Shown here in pieces: positions 19,201-26,761 of a DNA stretch of 37,607 bases (its first letter is position 1; every line of letters begins with the position of its first letter). The translations under genes and the position numbers were made by a program. The stretch spans positions 1 through 37,607 of the forward strand of contig DSBA01000020.1 in the NCBI GenBank assembly GCA_011046145.1, written 5' to 3'. The notes beneath the pieces are model-generated. The model did no database searches. It was not told where the DNA came from and was given only the letters and a program-made list of their open reading frames with translations. The stretch is from Candidatus Uhrbacteria bacterium. Its GTDB lineage: Bacteria; Patescibacteriota; Patescibacteriia; CAIXNZ01.

Positions 19201-21246
19201 AGTTTGGATTTGGGCTGTACAGCCTTGGATTTTAATACGCCTGCGCCTTGCGAAGCTGGCGGCGGCGGCTGGAGCGCAAAATATAACCAATGCGTCTTGA
19301 TTTTGCATGAAATTAAAGATCAGGCAAATTGCAATCTTAAAAAAGGAGAATGGCTGGCAGCTGATCTGGCAGCTGATTCTGTCTGTTTGGCTTATCCTTT
19401 TACTATTTATAAAGTTGAAGAAGCTAATAAATATAAGGGTTTTGTAGGCGAATGCGACAGCCGATGGAGCGGCTGCACAGAATTTGTTGATATTAATCCA
19501 AACTTTGTTTTTAATGGCAGTTTTGAATCAATTGATCCAACAGGCATGCTTTCCAGTTGGCAGACAAAAGCAGCCAGTTCTGGCAGGCAGAGAATAGACA
19601 CTGATAATTCTAAATTAGGCAATCAGGCTGTCAAGCTGATTAAAACAACAAGCCAAAATTGCCCTAGTACTTATTTATATCCTAATTCGGGCTGCAGCCT
19701 GGATGAGTCTATTGTGCCAAGCTATGCTATTTCCCAAAATATTGTCAGGCTGGAAAAAGGCAGGACTTATAAAATATCTTTTTATTATCGCGTGCCAGAA
19801 GAGGCTAAAGGCAGAGGCGATAATTGCCCATTACCAGAAGTTGTTTTTGAATTTAATTCCCTTGTTGCTGGAGCAGAAAAAGGCCCGCTTTATGTTTTTG
19901 CCCCGGAAAGCGAGTGGAAAAAAGTTGAAGTTTTATATACTGTGCCGGCTGATTCAGCAGAATTTTTACAGGATTTTGAATTGGTTTTATACGCGCCGCT
20001 TAATAAAAATATTGCGGCTGACATAGGCAATTGTCCTGATTCTTTTGTGCTTTATGACCAGGTTGAAATTAAAGACAATACTGAAGACAGTTATTTTGTG
20101 ATTGACCAGGGCTCTAATCTGGACAGGAGCAGTTGTACTTCTGTAAATTGGCAGGCTGGCTGTGTTCAGTTTATTAATACTGACAGAGGCAGGGTAGAAT
20201 TATTAAAAGTTAAAGCTGACAGGAATTGCGCGGAATGGGCAATGTGCACCAGTTATTGCAGTAATCCGATTCATAAAACAGAAGGTGATTGCATAGCAGA
20301 TCTAGCCGGGGAGACATGGAATCTTGATGCTTGTACGGAAATCAGCTTGTGTTCGGAGAAAAAAGCCGGAGAATGCGTTAAATTCACAGAGCCTAAAGAT
20401 AATGTGCGCTATGATTTGAATAACGAGCCTTTAATAGTAAAAAGAATTAGCAATTATGGCGATCAGACAGGCTATATTTACCGCTTTGGGGCTGGTCCTT
20501 TAAGCGCCCTTACCCAATGGCGGGCAGGTGATTATTCTGGTTATACTATTCCAGAAAGGTTCCCGCTAGAAGTTGAACTGGAAAAAGGATTTGAAATTTA
20601 CCAAAGAGAAAATAATCTGGGGGATTCAGATGATATGCGTTTTGTGGCGCCGGTTTGCAAGGTTTTTCCTGCCCAGGATTCACCCATGCCATATGATTTA
20701 ATTTTATCGCCTGATTATAATAATCTTTTAAGCCTTTATAGCCAAAATATGTCTTTGAGCGATTTAGGCAACCTTTGTAATTATGAAGAAGCCCAGGCTT
20801 ATGGGACAAAAACTTATTTTCCAAGAGGCGCTGTTGGTGTTGACAAAATAGATAAAATCTGCACTTCGCCTCAAGACATGAAAGGAAAAGTTTGCAGCAC
20901 AGACGAGGAATGTAAAGGAAAGGTCAGGGGCATTACTGGAGCTGATGGCGAATGCAGGCCGATTGAGGAAGTAAAAGAGTTTTTGGGTTTAGAAGGCATG
21001 TGTTTGGAATTTGATACTTTAAATCCGATTTATGACGGTATTTATAAGGATGTTGGCAAAGATTGCATACCTGATCCAGACAGCGGAATAGAAATTTGTA
21101 CTGGCCCTGATTACCAGCCTTATGCTTGTCTGACTTATTTTCCTTTTATGATAGATTTATGCCCGCTTTATAAAAATGAAACAAGTTGCAAGCTGAATGC
21201 AAATTGCAATTGGCTAGGCGGGGACGGACCATGCATTAGAAAATAA
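13297..21246 (+). CDS. Giant (2649 aa) secreted or N-terminally anchored Cys-rich surface protein with three CBM-like beta-sandwich segments
   Basis: The ORF is uninterrupted. It has an N-terminal hydrophobic segment with an AxA-like site (KPVQA/TF). A [small]-C-x-x-[F/Y/L] motif recurs 12 times, alongside arrays of C-x4-G-x-W mini-modules and three segments with CBM4/9-like edges. There is no C-terminal anchor. Confidence 0.8.
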   Translation: MFKPDKTKLQKAVIFLMAVIFVGSNFYFLLLAGLKPVQATFPVVDVPQATLQSMWYAGDKAESILQKVWDEVVAIFFKNILGTMANMIAQQSAKWVASGGKGGAPQFISDPNFWQDFADKAVGDFIQTTMKNLTGLDVCTLDPQLAINLAINIPFFPDWSGVYEPDCSWTQLRSHWEEIGQRRFEDFISFDYGIGAGGTFDENVGRLNTAVAQDISLRRWPIELVGHGYIIGCDTTAISGGLATCTEPPVQTDLLSSARALDSYTATLRADVEKILTHKVADTPADLSVGRYPITPENMPIIREAWLKNINPYISDLHQIADLYSRCTGKTACALMQMPPDPPFCKAALDKINLKSFLCPIDDGTDDDGTDDDGTESRNQATALIYQTEFNQKAGQVANIANAIKGGFEYLKTQIEQNFKPELLEGSVAYNAQLAAGLFDPSANEFNAYETLVRQMADISWSEAMNARLQAMIDQGWQSTTDRIAGYIRTPSNLIRARAEKQLAEGTDSIYAYHTKNIAADALGVFLQTLWNELALQLLDMLNPGYSAETRRHLLTVPGGKEALESFSVMSWNPFEELIVSEEGIDRYIQRVAQKFTVNLSFKDVNLLADFQLNIKGEANPNLYNNVIDQNFAIAINDKLTIKQALDSGKLVGDYTFSYSPARPGTYNLANIRKLRKARVVPLGLELAVQLIRDCNHRKTFNNGQYAGFQDINDVNPYGYDNVSDPFNSQRLQNCLFKPYSAGQELKDVRDYNTRKMNEVAGATLADVVDGFDKAGSGICGDFDENESPFCNLVNPNWVLKIPTTFCALQTTNEPFGELLTTNSNSQRQSRCPDFASCLNEDGKGSCINEDYGFCVKEKNVWQFATDSCPEEFNSCRTYSLTRSGERTSVSYLKNTLSGSDICGPYNAGCSWYSTQTDLAGFWQNDARIYFNRYVEACDRQNEGCSEFVLYRNPANNLVFDSSFEYTPEGNFPAGWDLRLKQRVDLPADCQGTLTEICNYYPYDNQSECLINNGTWYGYCDDGESWSQAECLDKGQNWEFVCLNAINNQADKADCEAGGGEYEYFCTNSILKYNLCQNPQFTGDDAQEQCLANGGTWQQECEIGGSASSELTTLEDCMANDGSWREFCQGARLYDFTKQSCNNLLGEWRGEGPFSDLAFVSKDATNVYQGLSKLQVNIGAVPFGEELVLVYKSHFNDETKTLTKAGDAYTATAYFKSNQVLSQPITFNLAKMRQTQSELNSKRFFIDQNYTRADSTIITGAGGTELDIRIYLPGGEEGALVYLDAIGLSINSLNQVRNFDFITPYADYEANNKLYYKNPPERLNCHGYGPGDPAPRLDIAPLTKEACEGVGGYWDEGLIYRNTVDCYKYEPDDPICNNFMKVCEAEEVGCQLFTPLNGDPQVPGVVSITDYCPAECVGYETYKQEPALYEPEPDPLFHYFIPETARSCSLAEVGCAQFTNLDEVARGGEGIGYYTYLRQCIKPNLGLGEKTFFTWQGSATGSPQLLKYEFQQDPVTGAPKTIDGSGDCRLTLSEYDLNCVNFFDSAGINYHRDIRKIVSVSDDCSPFRKTESTQANCLATNGRWQEDLQACIYDAIPAEAISCSAEANGCRTFIGNRGNNVYVQIFDTFEGIEGTWGWYAGSDGTSAEGLARVGESVQVGGNSLFVSSPVSAIHKPVNIQKNNLYTLSFWAKTNDPAGEVITAKFSTAVPDAQASTLEEFATLENNLQLTNEWRNYTLGPVLVSWDNVENNSLVFDSLDSEVYFDNILLRVVRDNVYVVKNSWFTPDSCDRNIFGQTEEGAMLGCQAYQDLLGQTHNLKSFTNLCRESAIGCQILIDTKNSTNANKQIFNDDNPSPLDDYIVLRDELVTLVVSDNFICSKTDKGCQKFGKPVYQAVLPTFDDVYLKNDPDKYINVPNAIMCNEESLGCLELINDEGNAEHFKIDPTKLCQFKTSTVSGENINGWFKKGSLDLGCTALDFNTPAPCEAGGGGWSAKYNQCVLILHEIKDQANCNLKKGEWLAADLAADSVCLAYPFTIYKVEEANKYKGFVGECDSRWSGCTEFVDINPNFVFNGSFESIDPTGMLSSWQTKAASSGRQRIDTDNSKLGNQAVKLIKTTSQNCPSTYLYPNSGCSLDESIVPSYAISQNIVRLEKGRTYKISFYYRVPEEAKGRGDNCPLPEVVFEFNSLVAGAEKGPLYVFAPESEWKKVEVLYTVPADSAEFLQDFELVLYAPLNKNIAADIGNCPDSFVLYDQVEIKDNTEDSYFVIDQGSNLDRSSCTSVNWQAGCVQFINTDRGRVELLKVKADRNCAEWAMCTSYCSNPIHKTEGDCIADLAGETWNLDACTEISLCSEKKAGECVKFTEPKDNVRYDLNNEPLIVKRISNYGDQTGYIYRFGAGPLSALTQWRAGDYSGYTIPERFPLEVELEKGFEIYQRENNLGDSDDMRFVAPVCKVFPAQDSPMPYDLILSPDYNNLLSLYSQNMSLSDLGNLCNYEEAQAYGTKTYFPRGAVGVDKIDKICTSPQDMKGKVCSTDEECKGKVRGITGADGECRPIEEVKEFLGLEGMCLEFDTLNPIYDGIYKDVGKDCIPDPDSGIEICTGPDYQPYACLTYFPFMIDLCPLYKNETSCKLNANCNWLGGDGPCIRK
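14380..14424 (+). repeat. In-frame tandem repeat, 3 x 15 nt (DDGTD)3
   Basis: The unit gatgacggcacagat appears twice, then gatgacggcacagaa. The first two copies are identical. Confidence 0.9.
16264..16752 (+). other. Array of ~6 short disulfide-loop modules (C-x4-G-x-W...C) nested inside the first CBM-like segment
   Basis: The modules are SECLINNGTWYGYC, AECLDKGQNWEFVC, ADCEAGGGEYEYFC, EQCLANGGTWQQEC, EDCMANDGSWREFC and QSCNNLLGEWRGEG. The flanks (16162-16260 and 16756-17160) look like the two halves of one beta-sandwich. Confidence 0.5.
18160..18612 (+). other. CBM4/9-like (galactose-binding-like) beta-sandwich segment 2
   Basis: It starts FDTFEGIEGTWGWYAG, includes NNLYTLSFWAKT and NEWRNYTL, and ends VYFDNILL. 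These are typical edge strands of CBM-type jelly rolls. Confidence 0.5.
19495..20078 (+). other. CBM4/9-like beta-sandwich segment 3
   Basis: It runs NFVFNGSFESIDPTGMLSSWQT, GRTYKISFYYRV, EWKKVEVLYTV and VLYDQVEI. Confidence 0.5.
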
Positions 21247-21262
21247 TTTTTCAGATAAATAA

Positions 21263-24151
21263 ATGCTCAAACAAATAAAAAACAAAAAACTTATTGCCCC
21301 AATTTTGCTATTGGCGGTTTTTGTTGTTTTCTTTTCTTTTTGGCCGGCTGATGCGGTTTTTGCCAGTGGTGCTATGGACAAAATTTTTACCACAGCTAAG
21401 AACGTAGGCATATCTATAATTCTTTTCATTGTTAATGTTTTAATTAGTTTAGTGGGTAAAATTTTAGTTTTGCTTATAAAAATATTAGTTATGCTCGCTT
21501 TGTACAATGATTTTATTTATAATCCCTATGTGCAAAAAGGCTGGGTAGTTATCCGCGATATTGTTAATATGTTTTTTATTTTGGGCTTGCTTTTGATTGC
21601 TTTTGCCACGGTTTTAAAAATAGAGAAATTTTCTTATAATAAACTTTTGGGCAGGTTGCTGATTATGGCGATTATAGTTAATTTTAGCCGGACTATTTGC
21701 GGCATTATAATAGATTTTTTCCAGGTGATAATGATAACTTTTGTTAAGTCTTTTAAAGATATTACTGGCGGTAATTTAATGAAAGGCTTTGGAACAGAAA
21801 GTTTATGGCAGGCTGACACAAGCGGCGGCGCAGCTACAAGCACTGTTGATCAAGGGATCCAGGCTGTGGTAGGTTCTATTTTCGGTTTGATTTTTGTTAT
21901 AATTGCGACTATTGTGGTAGCGATTTTTTGCATGATGCTGGCTATTAGAATTGTGGCTTTATGGATTTTAATTGTATTTTCGCCTTTGGCTTTTTTTTCC
22001 TGGGTTTTTGAGCCGGCTGGCGGAAAGATCGCTTCATTATCCCAGCAGTGGTTTGGACAATTTTTTAAATATTGCATGGTAGGCCCTTTTATAGCTTTTT
22101 TCCTTTGGATGGCGCTTATTAGCATGTCAACTGTTTCAGCCCAAATGACTACTAGCGCTGTTCAGGGTGGCATGAAAGCAGACGAGCTGAATAAGCCGGT
22201 TGAAGGTCTTTCGGCTGTGGGCAATGCAGGAAGCACGATTGGCTTTGTTATGGGTATTGCAATGTTGGTGGGAGGCTTATATTTCACTGGTCAAATGGGA
22301 GTGGTTGGTTCTAATTATGCTAGGGGAGGCGTTAATGCTATAAGAAATCAGACAGCGGGCAGAATGGAAAGCATGGCCAGAAGGACTGGCGCGGCAGCCA
22401 AAGGTGTAGCCATGGCGCCGGCCAGGGGAGGGGTTAAACTTGCCAAGATCGGAGGAAAACTTGGCGCTGAAAGAATGCAGATGAGAGGAGGCAAACTGGG
22501 CAGGCTTGCTTACGAAGCGCAATTAGCAACTTCCAAGGAAGGAAGGCAAGTTTTAAAAGATAGAGGCATGGCTATGGCAAGAGCGAAATTAGGCGGACAA
22601 CCAGGCGCGCGAGCTGAACAATTACAAAAAGAGTTAAAATCAAGAGAGGGGCTTTTGCGCAAGGCTGGCGCTGATAAAGATCCTAATGTGATGAAAAAAT
22701 TAGAAAAGCAATATAAAAAGTCTGGAGATAAAGACAATTATATGGCTTTAATGAATATTAAGGCGGCAGAGGGTAAAATTGAACAGTCAGATTTTCAAGA
22801 CGCGGTTAAAATGGGAGCATTTGACAGATTTGGCCATGTTGAGCATCTAAAAGATAAGAATGGGAAAAGAACAGGAAAAATTGATACTAAAAAAACAAGC
22901 GGGGCGGCTTTAATTGCCATGGAGCAGGTAGGGAAAGAATGGGAGAAATCTTTTGAAGATCAAAAGGGATTTAGAGCGTCTTTTTCGCCTATTGTTAGGG
23001 ATCCGATAACAAATGATTGGGAGGTCGTGGAAGGTCAAAAGGGCCAGGAGCTGAAAGCCAAGGATAGTGAATCTAGCATCTCAAGAGGCCGAGGAGAAAA
23101 ATTAGGCAAGGCAGCTAATAGCGGCCAGGTTGCTAATTTGGAGTCATCTACAGCAATGGAAGCATTTTCTCATTTGGTTGGGTTTGGCAAAAACGATGCC
23201 CATTTTCGCATGGTTGGAGATACTGGTCTTGCCAATGTCAAAAAGAGAAATGATGAATTCACTCAAGTTTTAACCAGTAATTTAGATGATAAAAGCAGCG
23301 AAGGCTACAAAGTATTGGAAAAGGCGGCTGATAAAAAGAAATTAACAGGCCAAGAAAAAGTTGATTTTATTGATAAAAGGAAACAAGAAATAAACGATTT
23401 AAAGCAATCTAAGTACTTTAAAGATAATGCCCAACATTTGGTTACTGTATCAAAAACTTCTTCTGGCAAATACGAAGCAGGAACAGGTAAAGAAATAACA
23501 GCTGGGCAGGAAAATCAAAATTTAAAGAATTATCTTCAAGGGCAGGGTATTATACCGACACCACCGCCGCCGCCAACGCCGCCCCCACCGCCTAAATATA
23601 AAGCTGAAATAGATAATTTTGTAGATAAGCGGATGTCGCAGGCGCCTTCTTTAGTCAAAAGCGCTGCCAAAGATTTTGTTACTGAAAAGGCCGGAGATAT
23701 TCTTCATGAAACCGAAGGCCTTGATCAAGCATCCCGGCAAAATAAAATTGCTAAAGAAATAGAAACAAAGACTAGATTGCGCGGACAGGATGCTAAAGAT
23801 ATGGCTGATATAATAATAAAAATGGAAACTCCGATGAAAGAAACGCGCGATAAAGTTTCGCCGAACCTTGACCAAATTGTTAAAAAAGTTAAGGATGAGT
23901 GGGATGCCGGCAGTAAAGATGCTGGGAAAGTTGAGATGAGATTTAATGTGTTCATACAACAATTAAAAAATGAAGCAAAATCCCATGGCTTGACAGAAGA
24001 TAGTTATCAGGCGCGGCAATTAAAAAAAGCCAAAGATGATCTGCTTAAGGAATTAACTAATCTAAATGCTACGGATGCCAGCATAAATAAAGCTATAGAT
24101 AAATTTCAAGCGAATGCCAGAAATTTGGGTTATAATGTCGGGAAAAAATAA
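21263..24151 (+). CDS. Polytopic membrane protein, VirB6/TrbL-like by architecture and position, with a ~600-aa hydrophilic C-terminal extension
   Basis: It has a signal-like N-terminus and at least 6 long hydrophobic segments in the first ~350 aa. A K/E-rich tail follows, containing PTPPPPPTPPPPP (nt 23555-23593). It lies upstream of the PrgI-like and VirB4 genes (a 474-aa ORF intervenes), much as prgH/virB6 do. There is no motif-level proof. Confidence 0.45.
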   Translation: MLKQIKNKKLIAPILLLAVFVVFFSFWPADAVFASGAMDKIFTTAKNVGISIILFIVNVLISLVGKILVLLIKILVMLALYNDFIYNPYVQKGWVVIRDIVNMFFILGLLLIAFATVLKIEKFSYNKLLGRLLIMAIIVNFSRTICGIIIDFFQVIMITFVKSFKDITGGNLMKGFGTESLWQADTSGGAATSTVDQGIQAVVGSIFGLIFVIIATIVVAIFCMMLAIRIVALWILIVFSPLAFFSWVFEPAGGKIASLSQQWFGQFFKYCMVGPFIAFFLWMALISMSTVSAQMTTSAVQGGMKADELNKPVEGLSAVGNAGSTIGFVMGIAMLVGGLYFTGQMGVVGSNYARGGVNAIRNQTAGRMESMARRTGAAAKGVAMAPARGGVKLAKIGGKLGAERMQMRGGKLGRLAYEAQLATSKEGRQVLKDRGMAMARAKLGGQPGARAEQLQKELKSREGLLRKAGADKDPNVMKKLEKQYKKSGDKDNYMALMNIKAAEGKIEQSDFQDAVKMGAFDRFGHVEHLKDKNGKRTGKIDTKKTSGAALIAMEQVGKEWEKSFEDQKGFRASFSPIVRDPITNDWEVVEGQKGQELKAKDSESSISRGRGEKLGKAANSGQVANLESSTAMEAFSHLVGFGKNDAHFRMVGDTGLANVKKRNDEFTQVLTSNLDDKSSEGYKVLEKAADKKKLTGQEKVDFIDKRKQEINDLKQSKYFKDNAQHLVTVSKTSSGKYEAGTGKEITAGQENQNLKNYLQGQGIIPTPPPPPTPPPPPKYKAEIDNFVDKRMSQAPSLVKSAAKDFVTEKAGDILHETEGLDQASRQNKIAKEIETKTRLRGQDAKDMADIIIKMETPMKETRDKVSPNLDQIVKKVKDEWDAGSKDAGKVEMRFNVFIQQLKNEAKSHGLTEDSYQARQLKKAKDDLLKELTNLNATDASINKAIDKFQANARNLGYNVGKK

Positions 24152-24160
24152 GCGTTAATT

Positions 24161-25585
24161 ATGAATAATCAAAAAATAAAAAGTTCAGATTTTGGGAGTT
24201 TTGAGCCGGATTTTTTGGCATTAATCAGCCGATATAAACTGGAAGAAAAAAAAGAAGATATTCTTAAATATGCGGCAGAGGCAATTTTAGGAAAAACTGA
24301 TGAGGTTGCAATGGCTGAGAAACTGATCAGCGATCTAAAGCTTGATTTTGGGGTTGCGGCTGATTTTGCTTATGATTTGCGGGTTGATATATTGGAAAAA
24401 ATTAAAAAAGAAGAAATTGAGGCGATTAAAAAAAATATTAAAGATCGAGAAGCGCAAGAATATTCCCCGCTTGCTATCAGCGATGAACTGATTAAAAAAA
24501 TAGGGTATAAGCCAAAAGATAAGGTTTTTCGCAAAAGATTTGATGACGCGATTTTTAGTTATTTAAAAGACATTAGGGATATGGAAGAATTGGAAGATAT
24601 TTTAACCCGTTCCACTAAAATCGGAGGGGTTGGGCTTTCAAAAGATGCTTTTTATGATTTGGAGAATTTATTAATTGATAAAAAAAAGGAAATTTCAGAA
24701 AAAGGCGTTGATATGGCTAAAATCATAAGCGATTACGAATCCCAATTTAAAAGCGGAGAATTTAAAGATGTAAAAGAGGAAGAAATTGATGTGGCTGCCA
24801 AGCCAGAAAGATTGTCGTCTGAAGAAGGAAGAACTGTTAGCGAAGATGTAACCATTGACAAGCTTTTGCAAGCCAAAGGCATTGAATTTGAAAAATTAAG
24901 CCGTAAAGAAGAGATAAAAAAAGATCTTTTAGAAAAAGAGGATTCCTTTGCGCCGCAAGCCAGGGCTTGGGAGGATAAAGCCAAAGAAGGCCAAAGTCTT
25001 TTAGCCAGGGAAATTGAGGAGAAAGAAGATTTTTTGGAAAGCAAAGAAGAAATTGCGCCGCCGCCGGTTATTAAAGAAGAGATAAAAAAAGAGACAGAGC
25101 CAAAAGAGCAAGAAGCGGTTAAAGAAACAGGCGCGGTTTTGCCGGCAGCAATGCCCCAGCCCCAAACTCCGCCATCTCAAACAAAGCCATTAGAACCAGA
25201 AGAAAAACAGCCCTTTTTAAAAAAATCTTTTCCAGCAGCGCGGCCCAGGGTTGAAGATGTTAAATTTGCCTCTAAATTATACGGGCCCATAGATGAATTA
25301 GCTGCTTTTAAAATAGAAGATCTGCGCCGCCTTTCCAAAAATCCCCAAGAAGCTGTGAATAAGATAAAAGACAAATTGGAGCTTTTAGAAGAGGAATCTT
25401 TAATTAAAAGGATTGAAGGCATTAAGGCTTTAAAAGCCAGCCCGCTTTATAAAATTTACGCTGATATTATGAATAAAGCGATTAAGGAAGGCAAGCCATT
25501 TGATCAGGTTTTGCAAGAAAATCCGGTTTTAAGCCCCGAAGAATTCAAGGCGATTATGGAGTTAAATAAAAGCTTAAAATATTAA
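24161..25585 (+). CDS. K/E-rich hypothetical protein with a Pro-rich linker
   Basis: The ORF is 474 aa with no TM segment and no recognisable catalytic motif. It has a Pro-rich stretch (APPPVIKEE...QPQTPPSQTKPLEPEE). The gap to the upstream gene is 9 nt. Confidence 0.5.
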   Translation: MNNQKIKSSDFGSFEPDFLALISRYKLEEKKEDILKYAAEAILGKTDEVAMAEKLISDLKLDFGVAADFAYDLRVDILEKIKKEEIEAIKKNIKDREAQEYSPLAISDELIKKIGYKPKDKVFRKRFDDAIFSYLKDIRDMEELEDILTRSTKIGGVGLSKDAFYDLENLLIDKKKEISEKGVDMAKIISDYESQFKSGEFKDVKEEEIDVAAKPERLSSEEGRTVSEDVTIDKLLQAKGIEFEKLSRKEEIKKDLLEKEDSFAPQARAWEDKAKEGQSLLAREIEEKEDFLESKEEIAPPPVIKEEIKKETEPKEQEAVKETGAVLPAAMPQPQTPPSQTKPLEPEEKQPFLKKSFPAARPRVEDVKFASKLYGPIDELAAFKIEDLRRLSKNPQEAVNKIKDKLELLEEESLIKRIEGIKALKASPLYKIYADIMNKAIKEGKPFDQVLQENPVLSPEEFKAIMELNKSLKY

Positions 25586-25596
25586 AATAAGAGATT

Positions 25597-26010
25597 ATGG
25601 AGCAATTTATGGTTCCGCAATTTATTGATGTGGAATCAAAAATAATAGGTCCGATTACAACCAGGCAATTTTTGATTTTAATGGTTGCTGGCATGCTGGA
25701 TTTTATTTTTTATAAGGTGTTTTATTTTAATACTTTTGTTGTAGTTGCCTTAATAGTTACCGGGATTTTTGGCGTGATAGCTTTTGTCAAGGTTAATGGC
25801 ATGCCTTTTCATTATTTTTTTCTGAACTTGGTCCAGACCTTGAATAGGCCGAGATTAAGAATTTGGTGCAAAGAGGAAGTTGCGGCTTTGCCGTCGGAAG
25901 AAAAAGCAGAAGTTAAAAAAGAATTTATTGCCAAGCCTTTTATTCCCCAATCAAGGCTGACTTCTTTGTCATTGATAGTTAATACCGGTGGAGTTTATCG
26001 GGAGGAATAA
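25597..26010 (+). CDS. PrgI-family / VirB3-like small T4SS membrane protein
   Basis: The N-terminus VPQFIDVESKIIGPITTRQFLIL is followed by two TM segments. This is the PrgI-family pattern (PF12666, from memory), and the gene sits upstream of the VirB4 gene with one 219-aa ORF between. Confidence 0.7.
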   Translation: MEQFMVPQFIDVESKIIGPITTRQFLILMVAGMLDFIFYKVFYFNTFVVVALIVTGIFGVIAFVKVNGMPFHYFFLNLVQTLNRPRLRIWCKEEVAALPSEEKAEVKKEFIAKPFIPQSRLTSLSLIVNTGGVYREE

Positions 26011-26084
26011 AATCTTTTTGTTATTAGTTATTGGCAAAATATTTTTTAGATTATTAATTCAAGTTTAAATAATAATTAATATTT

Positions 26085-26744
26085 ATGGCGATTAGCAAAC
26101 AGTCAACCCAAAAATATTTAGATATTGCGGAGATTAGGGAAAACACAGTAATTTTAAAAGACGGAACATTAAGGGCTGTTATAATGTGCTCCAGCGTTAA
26201 TTTTGCCTTAAAGTCAGAAGATGAACAAAAAGCTTTGATTTCAGGCTACATGGAATTTATAAATGCTTTAGAGCATCCTTTGCAAATAGTCATTCAGTCA
26301 AGGCGCCTGGATATTGAAAACTATATAAGGAGGTTAAGGGAGGCCCAGAAAAAACAGACTAATGAATTATTAAAAATGCAGATAATAGGCTATATGGATT
26401 ATATTAATGAATTGATTGAAATGGGAGAAATAATGACCAAAAGATTTTTTATTGTTGTGCCTTTTAATCCTTTGGGCGCTAAAGGTAAAAATTTTTGGAA
26501 CAGGCTGAAAGAGACTTTTACCGCCGGCAAGGCGATTAAAATGAAAAGAGAGAAGTTTTTAGACTACAAAAAAGACCTGGATTTGTTGGTTTCCAATATA
26601 GAATCTAATTTAGGCGGCATGGGGCTGGAAGCTGTTGTCTTGGATACACAAGGGCTAATAGAATTATTTTATAACACTTATAACCCAAAAACTTCCGAGA
26701 ATCAAAAATTAAAAGATATTAGCCAATTAGGCATAGAAAAATAA
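26085..26744 (+). CDS. Hypothetical protein resembling the non-ATPase N-terminal domain of Gram-positive VirB4-type ATPases
   Basis: The pattern IAEIRENTVILKDGTLRAVIMCSSVNFALKSEDEQKALISGYMEFINALEHPLQIVIQSRRLD recalls the N-domain of Tn916 Orf16/TcpF-like ATPases. It has no Walker motifs. This is an inference from memory. Confidence 0.3.
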   Translation: MAISKQSTQKYLDIAEIRENTVILKDGTLRAVIMCSSVNFALKSEDEQKALISGYMEFINALEHPLQIVIQSRRLDIENYIRRLREAQKKQTNELLKMQIIGYMDYINELIEMGEIMTKRFFIVVPFNPLGAKGKNFWNRLKETFTAGKAIKMKREKFLDYKKDLDLLVSNIESNLGGMGLEAVVLDTQGLIELFYNTYNPKTSENQKLKDISQLGIEK

Positions 26745-26761
26745 ATAATAATTTTTAATAT

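Noticed and set aside
13374-21507. Numerous 60-125-aa antisense or out-of-frame ORFs inside the giant gene and neighbours (e.g. 13374-13748, 16440-16793, 19703-20026, 21214-21507)
   Set aside because: They are shadow ORFs fully embedded in a long, motif-bearing ORF. They have no independent start signals.
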